DNA from: an uncultured Verrucomicrobiae bacterium
GTDB taxonomy: Bacteria > Chlamydiota > Chlamydiia > Chlamydiales > Rhabdochlamydiaceae
Assembly (NCBI GenBank): GCA_963718565.1
Contig: OY970364.1
Location: forward strand, 1,792,001 to 1,856,000
Direction of reading: 5' to 3'
Length of the DNA: 64,000 bases
The first letter of the stretch is position 1; each line of letters opens with the position of its first letter. Below the pieces are notes generated by a model. It did not search any database and was not told the origin of the DNA. It was given only the letters and a program-made list of their open reading frames with translations. A program made the translations under genes and the position numbers. Below, one piece after another: positions 37,328 to 47,318 of the stretch.

Positions 37328-38587
37328 TCACCCCGTTTTGTTGGTTTTGCAATTCCCTCTAAGAATTTCCTCGAATATTTTCATATAGCCTTCGGCAGAT
37401 CTTTCCCAGGTAAATTTGCTAATGGCCTCTTTGGATTGTAAGGCTTTTGACTTAGCTTCTTGGGAATGGGTGAGGATGTGATCAATTTTACCAGCAATAT
37501 CTTCTGGTGACCTGGGATTGAAAACCTCTGCATGGACTTGATGAACGGCCATGTGTTCAAGGAAAGGAGGAATATTTGACATGGCCACGGGCGCGCCTCT
37601 TTCCCAGGCATCAAATCCGGGGACGTTTCCCCCTTCATATAAAGAAGGGTTGACGACAGCAGAGGCGCACTGGATCAGCGAATCGATCTCTTCGTTGGTC
37701 ACATAGCCCAGTCCGAAGACATCTTGGGGTTCGCAGTCCATTTCCACGCCAATAGCGCATATGCGGCCATTGATGACTTCGGTCCCAAGTCCTGTAAAAA
37801 CCAGAAGCAAATCGGGGTGCTTTTTCTTCAGTATCGCAAAAGCAGAAGCTAGAGGCCCAGTATTCTTGTGGCTGCAGATATTTGTCGGGCAAAGAAGATA
37901 CTCTTTTTTGATGCCTAGTTTGTTTCTGACAATATTAAGAGCCCTATCTTTATCAATTGCTGAAATGTTGCTTGTAGGGGCGACTGGGACAACTTTTGTT
38001 TTATGCCAAAATTCTGGATAAAATTTTTGCAGTTCGCCGCGCATAAATTCCGTGGAGACAATGGGTATCGCTCTGGAAAGCCAGATCGGCATTTCTCGAT
38101 TGAGTAATTCTAATACCCAAGGCACCATGACTTGTCCTGAGAAGAAATATTTGTAGTTAAAGTCATGGAATATACCTGCCATCGGGCACTTGAGCTCAGG
38201 ACATTTCAGATGGAAGGGCCAGATGAAAAAGGCGATGTCATAATCGATGATAAGAGTTTCAAGTTCTTTATGGACTGCTCCAGACAAATAAAAGGATATC
38301 GAGGACAAAGGTCCGGCAAATTTGCGCTGAAATAAATTCACCACATGGCGGCTGCCCCTGATATTGAATAGATCTCTGCCTGCTAACTTTGTTGAGGAAA
38401 GACCATGGATAGGAATCCCGTGAGCTTTGAAGACTTCATCCTGTTTTTCACGTAGGATGCTGTGAGGGTTTCCGAAAAAAGTGATCGATGTATTAGGCCT
38501 AATTTTTTTTAAGGCAGGAAGCAATGCTCGCGCAACGCGTGAACCTCCTCCTGGATTTCCGACATGGTCGATAACAGCAATTTTCAT
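37328..38587 (-). CDS. GT4 glycosyltransferase
   Basis: HKN and PSLYEG...P..DA...G.PV..S motifs. The C-terminal GNCKT is encoded by a family A end (37343-37359). Confidence 0.82.
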   Translation of the reverse strand: MKIAVIDHVGNPGGGSRVARALLPALKKIRPNTSITFFGNPHSILREKQDEVFKAHGIPIHGLSSTKLAGRDLFNIRGSRHVVNLFQRKFAGPLSSISFYLSGAVHKELETLIIDYDIAFFIWPFHLKCPELKCPMAGIFHDFNYKYFFSGQVMVPWVLELLNREMPIWLSRAIPIVSTEFMRGELQKFYPEFWHKTKVVPVAPTSNISAIDKDRALNIVRNKLGIKKEYLLCPTNICSHKNTGPLASAFAILKKKHPDLLLVFTGLGTEVINGRICAIGVEMDCEPQDVFGLGYVTNEEIDSLIQCASAVVNPSLYEGGNVPGFDAWERGAPVAMSNIPPFLEHMAVHQVHAEVFNPRSPEDIAGKIDHILTHSQEAKSKALQSKEAISKFTWERSAEGYMKIFEEILRGNCKTNKTG

Positions 38588-40116
38588 ATATTTTTGTTTT
38601 CAATGACCGTTTTTGAGAACAGACGCATCAAAGTCTCTCTCGCACGATTGCGTGCATAAGGGGAAACCAGAATGGATATCAACAGCGATGTAACATATGT
38701 CGACCCCAGAATTAAAACCGTGGAAGCCATATTGATATCTTTTTCAGGAAAAAAACATCGACCTGCCACAATGACCGCAAGCGAAGCAACAAAAGGGAGG
38801 CCCACATCCTGAATAAACCAACGGGATTTTTCATCCTTGATGATGCGTCGGTGCATCATATGAACAGATAATAAAAGAAAGCCGGCATTCATCACAATCC
38901 AAACCCAAGCGACCCCTTCTGCTCCAAAATGCACCGCACTCCAGTACATCAATGGAATCATGAGGATCAGATTGAGCAAATTCAAATAAAAGGAGAGCCT
39001 CGTCCATCCATAAGCATATTGCAGGGCTGTTGGCAAAACCAATAGCGCATTGAGCACCGTTTGGGTCATCAACAGTTTCACCAAAAAACTTGTTTTTTGA
39101 ACGATTTCTAGGCTTTGTGTCCAAAGAAATATGAGCTCAGAAGAAAAGAAAATGACAAAAAGAGCAGTGGGAACAACTAACGCCGACATCAATTGGCAGG
39201 AGATGTGATAAATATGTTTCAATTGATTGTGATCATTCAAAGAGATCAGTTGACTGAAGCGAGGGAAAAAAACGGAGTAAAGCGAGGCAGCGATATGCGG
39301 CAAAACCCAGGTAATTGTATTTGCAAAAGTATAATAGCCAAACAGGTCGAGAGGCAGGATCCGGCTTAAAAACATTTTGTCCAAATGGATGCAGGTCATT
39401 CCAATGATGGTAACGCCCGCGATTCCTATCGCATAGCCTCGTAAACGGCCTAAAATTGTTTTATCAAATCTCGGGGCGGCAGACCCTTTCGGAAGGCCCC
39501 TCCATAAAAACAGAGCAGTAAGGCAGGTTTGAATGATATTGATGATAATCTGCCAAATGAAAAAAGCCTGAATTGTCGGTGAGACATAAGTCAAGATCAA
39601 AACCATCCCAATCGCCCTTACCGTTCCCACAATCACGTTAATTGTATTGAGTAGGACTTGCTTTTGAAGACCCATTAATCCTCCTATATATAAAGAGGAA
39701 GGCCATAAAAACCCTAAAGCGATACCCATGCAAAAGATCCCCTGTTTGATCGTTGCGCGAGGGAGTTCCTTAGCATTGACCCAATGCTCACTGATGAATG
39801 GAGCTGCTAAAAAAACGCATATAGCAATCCCTATTGCCGTTGTCCAATAAATCACTTCTAGAGTTCGTGTAAGATCGCGAAAGTCTTTGGGTGGATTGGG
39901 TTGAGAACTGAGCCTTGCCATTTCTCTTGTCATTGAAGAGCCAAGTCCAAGATCAAAAATAGTAGACAGAGCGACAAGGGCGGTATAAATCCCCACTAAT
40001 CCATAAGCTTCAAAACCAATTAATTTGACGTAATAGGGTAAAAAAATAAGAGATATTGTGGTTGTCCATATTTTACCAACAAAATTAGCTGTGAAGTTTT
40101 TCTTTATGGAAGACAT
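38584..40116 (-). CDS. wzx: Wzx polysaccharide flippase
   Basis: Many TM helices; KN...N..G, G...YG, DLGL, DK..LS, G.Y motifs. Confidence 0.82.
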   Translation of the reverse strand: MSSIKKNFTANFVGKIWTTTISLIFLPYYVKLIGFEAYGLVGIYTALVALSTIFDLGLGSSMTREMARLSSQPNPPKDFRDLTRTLEVIYWTTAIGIAICVFLAAPFISEHWVNAKELPRATIKQGIFCMGIALGFLWPSSLYIGGLMGLQKQVLLNTINVIVGTVRAIGMVLILTYVSPTIQAFFIWQIIINIIQTCLTALFLWRGLPKGSAAPRFDKTILGRLRGYAIGIAGVTIIGMTCIHLDKMFLSRILPLDLFGYYTFANTITWVLPHIAASLYSVFFPRFSQLISLNDHNQLKHIYHISCQLMSALVVPTALFVIFFSSELIFLWTQSLEIVQKTSFLVKLLMTQTVLNALLVLPTALQYAYGWTRLSFYLNLLNLILMIPLMYWSAVHFGAEGVAWVWIVMNAGFLLLSVHMMHRRIIKDEKSRWFIQDVGLPFVASLAVIVAGRCFFPEKDINMASTVLILGSTYVTSLLISILVSPYARNRARETLMRLFSKTVIENKNI

Positions 40117-40331
40117 TTACCATGTAATTTTCGAAATTTACATTTGCAGACCGGGTGCGGTGTATCTTGGCAAACCTTCTTCATTTAAGGCAAGGCAAGT
40201 TTAGAGTCAGTCCACAAACCTAGTTATACTGAAGAAACTTCAAAGATTGGTTTTTTAGCCCCCTGTAACGCCTGTACGAACACAGCCGGCAGGGGATCAA
40301 CGCAAAGACGCATTGCAGCATCTATTATTTT

Positions 40332-41510
40332 CTCACCTTACGCAAAATGGGCTCCAACCATATCGCAACCAGTTCTGAACCGCAGCCGTTCAAGTTCTAA
40401 AAATGCCATTCGATTTGCCTTTATCAGTAATTGATATTTCAGAGCAAAATGATTCAAAAAAGTTTGAGTTCGGAGAAATTCCAACTTGCAATAAGCGATG
40501 ATTGATGCAAAAATATGGTTCTTTTGAGAGCGCAGAACCTTAGTCGGCGATTTCTCAAGGCTAGTGTTCTGCTTGATCGATTTGTGATATTCTTCTATGC
40601 GCCACCGTTTTTGGTAGATTTCGTAGATTCGGTCAGCACTACTTTCTAAGTCATTTGTAACAAGGTATAGAGTGCCTGTAGAGCCGTCTTCGTTTTTGAA
40701 GATCTTTGTAATGAGTGCTACAGAAAAAGACATGTCTTTTAGCCAGACTATTCTTTTTTCTCCATCCTTGAGTGGTAATGCATTTAGATTTTGGTACTGA
40801 CCATTTTTTCTGTCCTCTTCAGAAAGAGCGACCAATCGATTAGCTTTGATCCCAATTACAAACTTCTTTTTCATATCATAATGAATAAACTCCATATTTT
40901 TTTTCGCTCCGAACCAATTATCAGACAATATATAGTCAAATTTAACCTTATTGGTTACAGCTTGGGCAATCATAGATCGAAACATTTGATTTTTACTGAC
41001 TGAAGACTGTCTTTTTACTTTTTTGCTGGCGACATCACAAAAAAGCACGTCTTTATAAATAGGCTCATAAGCAATGGGTAAGGCAATATCTCCGTAGCGA
41101 GCAAGACATGATAAAAGGTTGACCCCCTTCACACATCTTCCCTTGGCATGCGAGTAATGCCAACAAATAATCTCATTTTCGTCCGTGTAGGTCTTCTCTT
41201 CAATCGTGTCATCAAAAATAAGCACTCCTCCTACATCTTGTTCAATCTTGCGAATTTCCGGCTTGATGTATTCCCATAGCTCTTTGGATGAAAATTCATT
41301 GCTGTTCAAAAATCTAGTAATTTTGTCATGACTAATCCGGCCTTCTAAGAGATCTGAGAGACCAACTGCTGTTGCATATTGATTCTGAGCAATCAAGTAA
41401 TCCGAATAGATATCGAGTAGTCTGTTCATTTTTTCTCCAAAAAATTGAACAAGACTACGAAAAAAAGACAGGCCTTATCAAGAAATTTTTACCGATTTGC
41501 GTAAGGTGAG
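40332..41510 (-). mobile_element. Insertion sequence, 1179 bp, IS701-like DDE element (copy 1)
   Basis: 15-bp TIRs CTCACCTTACGCAAA / TTTGCGTAAGGTGAG; 7-bp direct repeat TTATTTT (40325-31 and 41511-17). Confidence 0.92.
40338..41429 (-). CDS. DDE transposase (IS701/IS4 superfamily)
   Basis: IFDDT, SDNWF, Y.KRW.IEEYH..IKQ motifs; stop codon lies in the TIR. Confidence 0.9.
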   Translation of the reverse strand: MNRLLDIYSDYLIAQNQYATAVGLSDLLEGRISHDKITRFLNSNEFSSKELWEYIKPEIRKIEQDVGGVLIFDDTIEEKTYTDENEIICWHYSHAKGRCVKGVNLLSCLARYGDIALPIAYEPIYKDVLFCDVASKKVKRQSSVSKNQMFRSMIAQAVTNKVKFDYILSDNWFGAKKNMEFIHYDMKKKFVIGIKANRLVALSEEDRKNGQYQNLNALPLKDGEKRIVWLKDMSFSVALITKIFKNEDGSTGTLYLVTNDLESSADRIYEIYQKRWRIEEYHKSIKQNTSLEKSPTKVLRSQKNHIFASIIAYCKLEFLRTQTFLNHFALKYQLLIKANRMAFLELERLRFRTGCDMVGAHFA

Positions 41511-41559
41511 TTATTTTGCATTCATTCACGAAGGGTATCACAGGTTTGTGGACTGACTC

Positions 41560-42576
41560 TTAGAGCCATTTTGCATAATGTTTGTAGTGGCGAAACGACC
41601 TTTGCTGTTTAAAGTTCTTTAACTTACGGACCCAGAGGACTACAGATGTAAAAAAAGGGAAGCAGAGGCAGAGCCTAGCTAAATTTAATAGAACAAAAGT
41701 TTCCAAATTCAAGCCCTGTTTTTCTTTAAATGAAAATGCAGAATTGCAGGCTAATTGAAATTGTCTGTTATAAATATGTCTAAGAATGATTGACTTGTTT
41801 AATTTTTTTAAGTCTTTAGTGATTAATTCTGAGGCTTTTTTTTTACTGTCTAGATCAAGATATGAGTTTAAATGGATACGTTCTATTATGCGATGGAAAG
41901 CAAAGCTCCAATCTTCGAACCTTTTAGAGTTTGAATAAGACGAATGATGCAAATAAATTCCGCAGGGTCGCTTAGAGATATGAAATGGAAAACGGGCTGC
42001 ACTCTGAAGCAGGAAGTCGCAGTCCCAAGTTAAAGAATTGCCCATATCTATCGAAATCACATCAATGATTTTTCGATGGAAAAGGATGCACGAAGGGATG
42101 GGGTACTTGGAGGCCATTTCCAACACTCCCTCAGGAGGGGAAAACACACCCTCTCTTTCCCATAGATCAAGGGGCACCCGAATCACTTTTCCCTCTTCGG
42201 TCATGATGATTGCGGAGCCGGCTGAAAATGCACATTCAGGAAATTGTTTAAATCCCCGTAATGCCTCTTCGCAAAACCAGGGGAACAAAACATCATCATC
42301 TGAGAGAAAAGAAAAATATTCTGTTTTCACTCTCGACAAACTATACTGATAGTTCTGAATCAGACCGATATTTTGTTCATGACGATGGTATGCAAGACGG
42401 TCATCTTTTTTCATGCATTCTCTCACAACTTTTTCAGTCTTATCATTGGATGCATCGTCATAAACGTGCACTTGAATGTCTTTAAAGGTTTGATTTAATG
42501 CGCTGATGATTGCTCGCTTTAGCAATTGTGGGCGTTTATATGTGGGAATAATTGTTGTAATTAATGGACCGGGCAT
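41560..42576 (-). CDS. GT2 glycosyltransferase
   Basis: IIPTY.R, V.DDAS.D, FLSDDD motifs; its TAA stop coincides with the family B duplication. Confidence 0.88.
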   Translation of the reverse strand: MPGPLITTIIPTYKRPQLLKRAIISALNQTFKDIQVHVYDDASNDKTEKVVRECMKKDDRLAYHRHEQNIGLIQNYQYSLSRVKTEYFSFLSDDDVLFPWFCEEALRGFKQFPECAFSAGSAIIMTEEGKVIRVPLDLWEREGVFSPPEGVLEMASKYPIPSCILFHRKIIDVISIDMGNSLTWDCDFLLQSAARFPFHISKRPCGIYLHHSSYSNSKRFEDWSFAFHRIIERIHLNSYLDLDSKKKASELITKDLKKLNKSIILRHIYNRQFQLACNSAFSFKEKQGLNLETFVLLNLARLCLCFPFFTSVVLWVRKLKNFKQQRSFRHYKHYAKWL

Positions 42577-43271
42577 CAGACTCGCTTTAAAACGGTAAAT
42601 CCATGGTTGTTCAAGCGCCGCTCATATAATGTCCATTCGGGATGACGCTGTAAAAAATCTTCAACAGCAGTCCAAAGCCCGCTCTTATTGCGGTCATATT
42701 CAGCAGGATATTCCGTATAATCTCCATGATAAGAGTTGTCATTGGTATATCCCCAGGGCTCGCTGGTGTCATGCATTGCGATATATTTGCTCACTTTAGG
42801 GGAAAATTTTTCAAGTTCGTATGTGAGATGACAGTAGGTATGCAAAGAATCGATGAACAGCAGTTCTGTGGGTACAATATCTACATTAAGATCGTCTACT
42901 TGCCAAAAACGAAATGTGATTCCATTTTCTTTTGCGAGCTGCTTAGCCAAGTTAAGCGTCTCTGGCGGAGGAGAAGCAATGTCAATACCGAGATAGTAGC
43001 GAGAAGCAGCAGGACTTTCTGATAATCCTTCCAGAATACCCCAGCTTGATACCATCGTTCTCAATCCAATTTCAACAACAGATGAGCACTCCTTAGCAAG
43101 AAAGCGCAATAGAGATACATGCTCGTTAATATCAGAGGGTGCATTGATTGCATGTTCATACTGATGTTTTAATGCAATCCGCGCAGTAGAGGGCTTGCCA
43201 TAAAGAATTGAAGTGGAAGCTAAAAAAAGGAAAGCCAGAATCCAGGCTACGGAACTATATTTTTTTTTCAT
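42576..43271 (-). CDS. Class I SAM-dependent methyltransferase-like protein with signal peptide
   Basis: SDINEH, VVEIG, GID, LLFIDSLH, IAMHDT motifs; start set at MKKKYSS. Confidence 0.7.
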   Translation of the reverse strand: MKKKYSSVAWILAFLFLASTSILYGKPSTARIALKHQYEHAINAPSDINEHVSLLRFLAKECSSVVEIGLRTMVSSWGILEGLSESPAASRYYLGIDIASPPPETLNLAKQLAKENGITFRFWQVDDLNVDIVPTELLFIDSLHTYCHLTYELEKFSPKVSKYIAMHDTSEPWGYTNDNSYHGDYTEYPAEYDRNKSGLWTAVEDFLQRHPEWTLYERRLNNHGFTVLKRV

Positions 43272-43373
43272 TGGGTTTTCCTCTGCGTTTGAGAGTTTTT
43301 GGAAAAATTTAATGATCTCAACCATTATTGCGCCGCAAGGTTTTAGGATATAATTCTCATGTTTTTCTATAAA

Positions 43374-43456
43374 GAGGGAATGTTCAAAGTACGTCCTCAA
43401 AAACCTATGACATTCAGTGCTTGCCATAGGTTTTTGAGGGCGTACGCAATTCCCTC
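43374..43456. repeat. Family A ends enclosing a different hairpin module
   Basis: GAGGGAAT..GTACGTCCTCAAAAACCTATG-loop-CATAGGTTTTTGAGGGGCGTAC-GCAATTCCCTC TAA; the stem matches the module at ~27338-27370. Confidence 0.75.
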
Positions 43457-43531
43457 TAATTTTTTTCTCTGTGGTTTCCCATCTCTGTGGTAAAATCATC
43501 TATTTACGCAACAAAGCCGTCTTTTAGTGGA

Positions 43532-44473
43532 ATGAACATCAACAGCAAAATCGTTTTATCCGGAGGAGCGGGACTTGTTGGGCAAAATTTAGTCGCTTAT
43601 CTCAAACGACATCATTACAAAAATCTTGTTGTCCTTGATAAACATCGACCCAATTTAGGGATTTTACGCCAATTGCACCCTGATATTGTGGTTGAGTATG
43701 CAGATTTAGCAGAAGCGGGTTCATGGCAAGGACATTTCGAAGGGGCTGATACAGTGATTATGCTGCAGGCTCAGATTGGAGGAGCAGAGCTTGATCTATT
43801 TGTCAGGAACAATGTGACCTCTACAAACCGCATCCTGGAAATCATCAAACAGTATCAAGTCCCCTACACTGTGCATATCAGTTCATCTGTGGTTGCGTCT
43901 ATTGCAGACGACGATTATACCCACACAAAAAGGAAACAAGAACAACTGGTTTTGGAAAGCGGAGTCCATTGTGTGGTTCTTAGACCTACTTTAATGTTTG
44001 GCTGGTTTGATCGGAAACACCTGGGCTGGCTTTCACGCTTCATGCAGAAAGTGCCCATTTTCCCTATTCCTGGACATGGCCGCTACTTGCGTCAGCCTCT
44101 CTATGTGGGGGACTTTTGCAAGATTATCGCCAGCTGTATGGAGAGCCGCATTGCTGGGAAAGTTTTTAACATCTCTGGGCTGGAATATGTCGATTACATC
44201 GATATCATTCGATACATCAAACATTCTACCAAGGCTAAATGTTTGATTCTCAATATCCCTTACAAGTTATTCTCTCTGTTTCTAAAAGCATGGGCAATTT
44301 TTGATCGAAACCCTCCTTTTACTGCAGCCCAATTGAAAGCTCTCACCTCTGGAGACAAATTCGAAATCATCGACTGGCCAACTATTTTTAATGTGAAAGC
44401 AACGCCTTTTGTGCAAGCTATTGATGAAACTTTCAACGATCCCACGTATAGCCAAGTAGTATTGGAATTTTGA
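43532..44473 (+). CDS. NAD-dependent epimerase/dehydratase
   Basis: GGAGLVG, Y...K, LRPTLMFG motifs. Confidence 0.85.
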   Translation: MNINSKIVLSGGAGLVGQNLVAYLKRHHYKNLVVLDKHRPNLGILRQLHPDIVVEYADLAEAGSWQGHFEGADTVIMLQAQIGGAELDLFVRNNVTSTNRILEIIKQYQVPYTVHISSSVVASIADDDYTHTKRKQEQLVLESGVHCVVLRPTLMFGWFDRKHLGWLSRFMQKVPIFPIPGHGRYLRQPLYVGDFCKIIASCMESRIAGKVFNISGLEYVDYIDIIRYIKHSTKAKCLILNIPYKLFSLFLKAWAIFDRNPPFTAAQLKALTSGDKFEIIDWPTIFNVKATPFVQAIDETFNDPTYSQVVLEF

Positions 44474-44475
44474 AC

Positions 44476-45777
44476 ATGTCGAAAATAACAAGTTCCAAGC
44501 GTATCGCAGTGTTGGGTGCTGGGCCAATGGGGTTGGCCGTTGCCTATCAGCTCGTTAAAGAAGGTTGCCAACCCGTTGTTTTTGAAGCAGATGACCGTGT
44601 TGGCGGCATGACAGCTTCTTTCGATTTTAATGGCCTTCCAATAGAGCGCTACTATCATTTCCACTGCACATCGGACCATGCTTTCTTGCAAATTTTGGAT
44701 GAACTTGGAATTGCAGATAAAATGAAATGGGTGGAAACCAAGATGGGGTATTTTTATCAGCGCAAAGTGCACCCCTGGGGCAACCCTCTTGCGCTGTTGA
44801 AGTTTCCCGGTCTCAGCTTATTTGCAAAATTTCGTTATGGTTTGCATGTGTTCACCTCCACTAAACGAAACAAATGGGATTCTTTGGATAAGAAAGAAGC
44901 GACAAGTTGGATCAAAGGTTGGGTAGGTGAAGAAGCTTACGAAATTTTGTGGCGCAAGCTTTTTGAGTACAAATTCTATACTTATGCTAATCAACTTTCC
45001 GCAGCTTGGATCTGGAGTCGGATTCGACGTACGGGTCGTTCCCGTTATGATCTTTTTCGTGAAAAATTAGGGCATTTAGAAGGTGGCTCTGAACTTTTGC
45101 TGCAAGCGCTAAAGAAGTACATTGAATCCAATAACGGCGAGATCCGCTTGAAAAACCCAGTATCTCGAGTCATTATTGAAAATGAACAAGTGAAAGGTAT
45201 TGAATCAGACAGAAAGATGGAAAAATTCGAAAAAGTGATCAGCACAGTCCCTTCGCCCTATTTGCCCAAACTAATACCCGATCTTCCTGAAAACATTTTA
45301 AACGCTTTCCGAGCTGTTAAAAACATTGCTGTTGTCTGTGTGGTAGCCAAGCTCAAACGACAAGTGACGGAAAATTTTTGGCTCAATATCAATGATCCAG
45401 ACATGGATATCCCAGGTTTAGTGGAATACACAAATTTGCGTCCGCTTTCACAACATGTTGTCTACGTTCCTTTTTATATGCCTGGCGAACATCCCAAATT
45501 TCAAGAGCCCGATCAGAACTTTTTAGATAAAGTGCGCCGCTATTTATGCATCATCAATCCAAAAATTCAAGAGGACGATTTTATCGATATTCGAGCAAGC
45601 CGTTATCGCTATGCTCAGCCCATCTGCTTCCCTAATCATCTTAAAGGGTTGCCGTCAACCCAATTACCAGTAGAGGGTCTATGGGCGGCCGATACGTCCT
45701 ATTATTACCCAGAAGATCGCGGCATTTCTGAAAGCATTGAATTTGGTCGAAATCTTGCAAGACAGGCAATCTCTTGA
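44476..45777 (+). CDS. FAD-dependent oxidoreductase (amine oxidase/protoporphyrinogen oxidase-like)
   Basis: GAGPMGL, E...VGG, ERYYH, YYPEDRG motifs. Confidence 0.8.
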   Translation: MSKITSSKRIAVLGAGPMGLAVAYQLVKEGCQPVVFEADDRVGGMTASFDFNGLPIERYYHFHCTSDHAFLQILDELGIADKMKWVETKMGYFYQRKVHPWGNPLALLKFPGLSLFAKFRYGLHVFTSTKRNKWDSLDKKEATSWIKGWVGEEAYEILWRKLFEYKFYTYANQLSAAWIWSRIRRTGRSRYDLFREKLGHLEGGSELLLQALKKYIESNNGEIRLKNPVSRVIIENEQVKGIESDRKMEKFEKVISTVPSPYLPKLIPDLPENILNAFRAVKNIAVVCVVAKLKRQVTENFWLNINDPDMDIPGLVEYTNLRPLSQHVVYVPFYMPGEHPKFQEPDQNFLDKVRRYLCIINPKIQEDDFIDIRASRYRYAQPICFPNHLKGLPSTQLPVEGLWAADTSYYYPEDRGISESIEFGRNLARQAIS

Positions 45778-46187
45778 TCCGAAGTTTTTTATCTAAACAA
45801 TTTGTTTTATTTTTATTCGCGGGAGGAATAGCAGCGGCAATTAACTTTGGCAGCAGAATTCTCTACAATCGTTGGATGGATTTCTCCATTGCCATTATTG
45901 TTGCTTATCTCACGGGAATGATAACGGCATTTATTCTGGCAAAGTTATTTGTTTTCAAAGAAAGTGAGCAGCAAATACGGCGTTCCGCATGGATTTTTTC
46001 TTTGGTCAATCTCATTGCCGTTGCTCAAACTTGGTGCATTAGCCTTGCCTTTGCTTACTTTTTACCTATAATCGGGGTCGCAGAATACGTTCATGAAATC
46101 TCTCATGGCATAGGCGTAATGATTCCTGTTTTCACGAGCTATATCGGACACAAACGCTGGTCCTTCCGTTATACGGCGCGCGATTAG
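45774..46187 (+). CDS. GtrA-family lipid-linked sugar flippase
   Basis: 4 TM helices; QF..FL..GG.AA, FVF, SY.GHK.WSF motifs. The last residues (YTARD*) come from element D. Confidence 0.85.
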   Translation: MIRSFLSKQFVLFLFAGGIAAAINFGSRILYNRWMDFSIAIIVAYLTGMITAFILAKLFVFKESEQQIRRSAWIFSLVNLIAVAQTWCISLAFAYFLPIIGVAEYVHEISHGIGVMIPVFTSYIGHKRWSFRYTARD

Positions 46188-46376
46188 GTTTGGTGAATTT
46201 TGACAGGCTGCGACTTTGCCAAATCGATCCTTCTCGCTCGCCTTGCTCTGTGGTGAAATTATCTATTTACGCAACAAAGCCATTTAGAATACAATTTCTG
46301 TACGTCATGATGCCTGTATACCCTTCGTGGATGAAAAATGTGACATATGTTTAAAGACTACATCAAGGGGATTTAA

Positions 46377-47318
46377 ATGTTGAAAATTGCCAAACTGTTG
46401 GTTGCAGCAGTACTATTTCTCGTTTCGTTTTCTGCTTATAGCACAGAAGAAACTCCTCTGGGCTACTTCCAATTGGCAAAGCATAAAAAAACAGAAAAAA
46501 AGAAAAAGCATAAAAAAAAGTACAATCAGCAGAAATATGAACTTACACTATGCTGTATTACACGAGATGAAGCTGAATATCTTCCAGAATGGATTGAATT
46601 TCATATCAAACAGGGCATAGAACATATTTATATTTATGATAATTTAACAATCGTTAATTTGCATGATGCTCTTCAAGAATACGTTCAACAAGGGCTGATT
46701 GACATTATCAGTTGGCCTTATGAGCATGATGACGACTCCTCTTGGGGGCGGATTCAACTCTCCTGTTATAGGAATTATCTTCAAGCTTATGGAAAAGAAA
46801 CAGAATGGTGTGCTTTTATCGACACCGATGAATTTTTATTCTGCCCTGATGGAAAAAATCTAAGAGAATTTCTAAAGAGTTATAGAGGATATCAGGAACT
46901 GATGGTTTGTTGGATTATCTATGGCACTAGCGGTGTATGGCAGGCTCCTCAGGGTAAGTTAATACAGACATTATTACATCGTGGAAATGATCATTTTTGG
47001 TTAGCGATGAAACCCATTGTTAAAACCCGCGATGTCACTCGTATTCAAAGCATGCATTATTTTGACGTTCGCACCCCGTCTCTTGTCATCGATGAGAATT
47101 TTCGACCCTTAAGTTCTATTGAGGGAGGATACTGTCCAAAAATTCAATCGGTGAATAAAATTCGAATCAATCATTATGTATTTAGAGATGGAAAGTTTTT
47201 TGAAGAAGTGAAAATTCCAAGATATTTAAAGCGCGGTGTAAGCAGGGAAGGTGCGTTGGATTTTGAGTCAGTAACGAATAGGGTTTACGATGACAGCATC
47301 CTAAGAGTGTGTCGTTGA
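46377..47318 (+). CDS. GT92-like glycosyltransferase with signal peptide and Lys-rich stem
   Basis: RDEA.YL.EWIEFH..QG..H.Y.YDN, W.AFIDTDEF, RINHY motifs. Confidence 0.78.
   Translation: MLKIAKLLVAAVLFLVSFSAYSTEETPLGYFQLAKHKKTEKKKKHKKKYNQQKYELTLCCITRDEAEYLPEWIEFHIKQGIEHIYIYDNLTIVNLHDALQEYVQQGLIDIISWPYEHDDDSSWGRIQLSCYRNYLQAYGKETEWCAFIDTDEFLFCPDGKNLREFLKSYRGYQELMVCWIIYGTSGVWQAPQGKLIQTLLHRGNDHFWLAMKPIVKTRDVTRIQSMHYFDVRTPSLVIDENFRPLSSIEGGYCPKIQSVNKIRINHYVFRDGKFFEEVKIPRYLKRGVSREGALDFESVTNRVYDDSILRVCR

Larger units (their letters stand above)
40204..41559. mobile_element. Family B element (about 170 bp of its own sequence) with TTA duplication, interrupted by an IS
   Basis: TTA(40201-03) GAGTCAGTCCACAAACC ... 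GGTTTGTGGACTGACTC TTA(41560-62). Confidence 0.82.
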
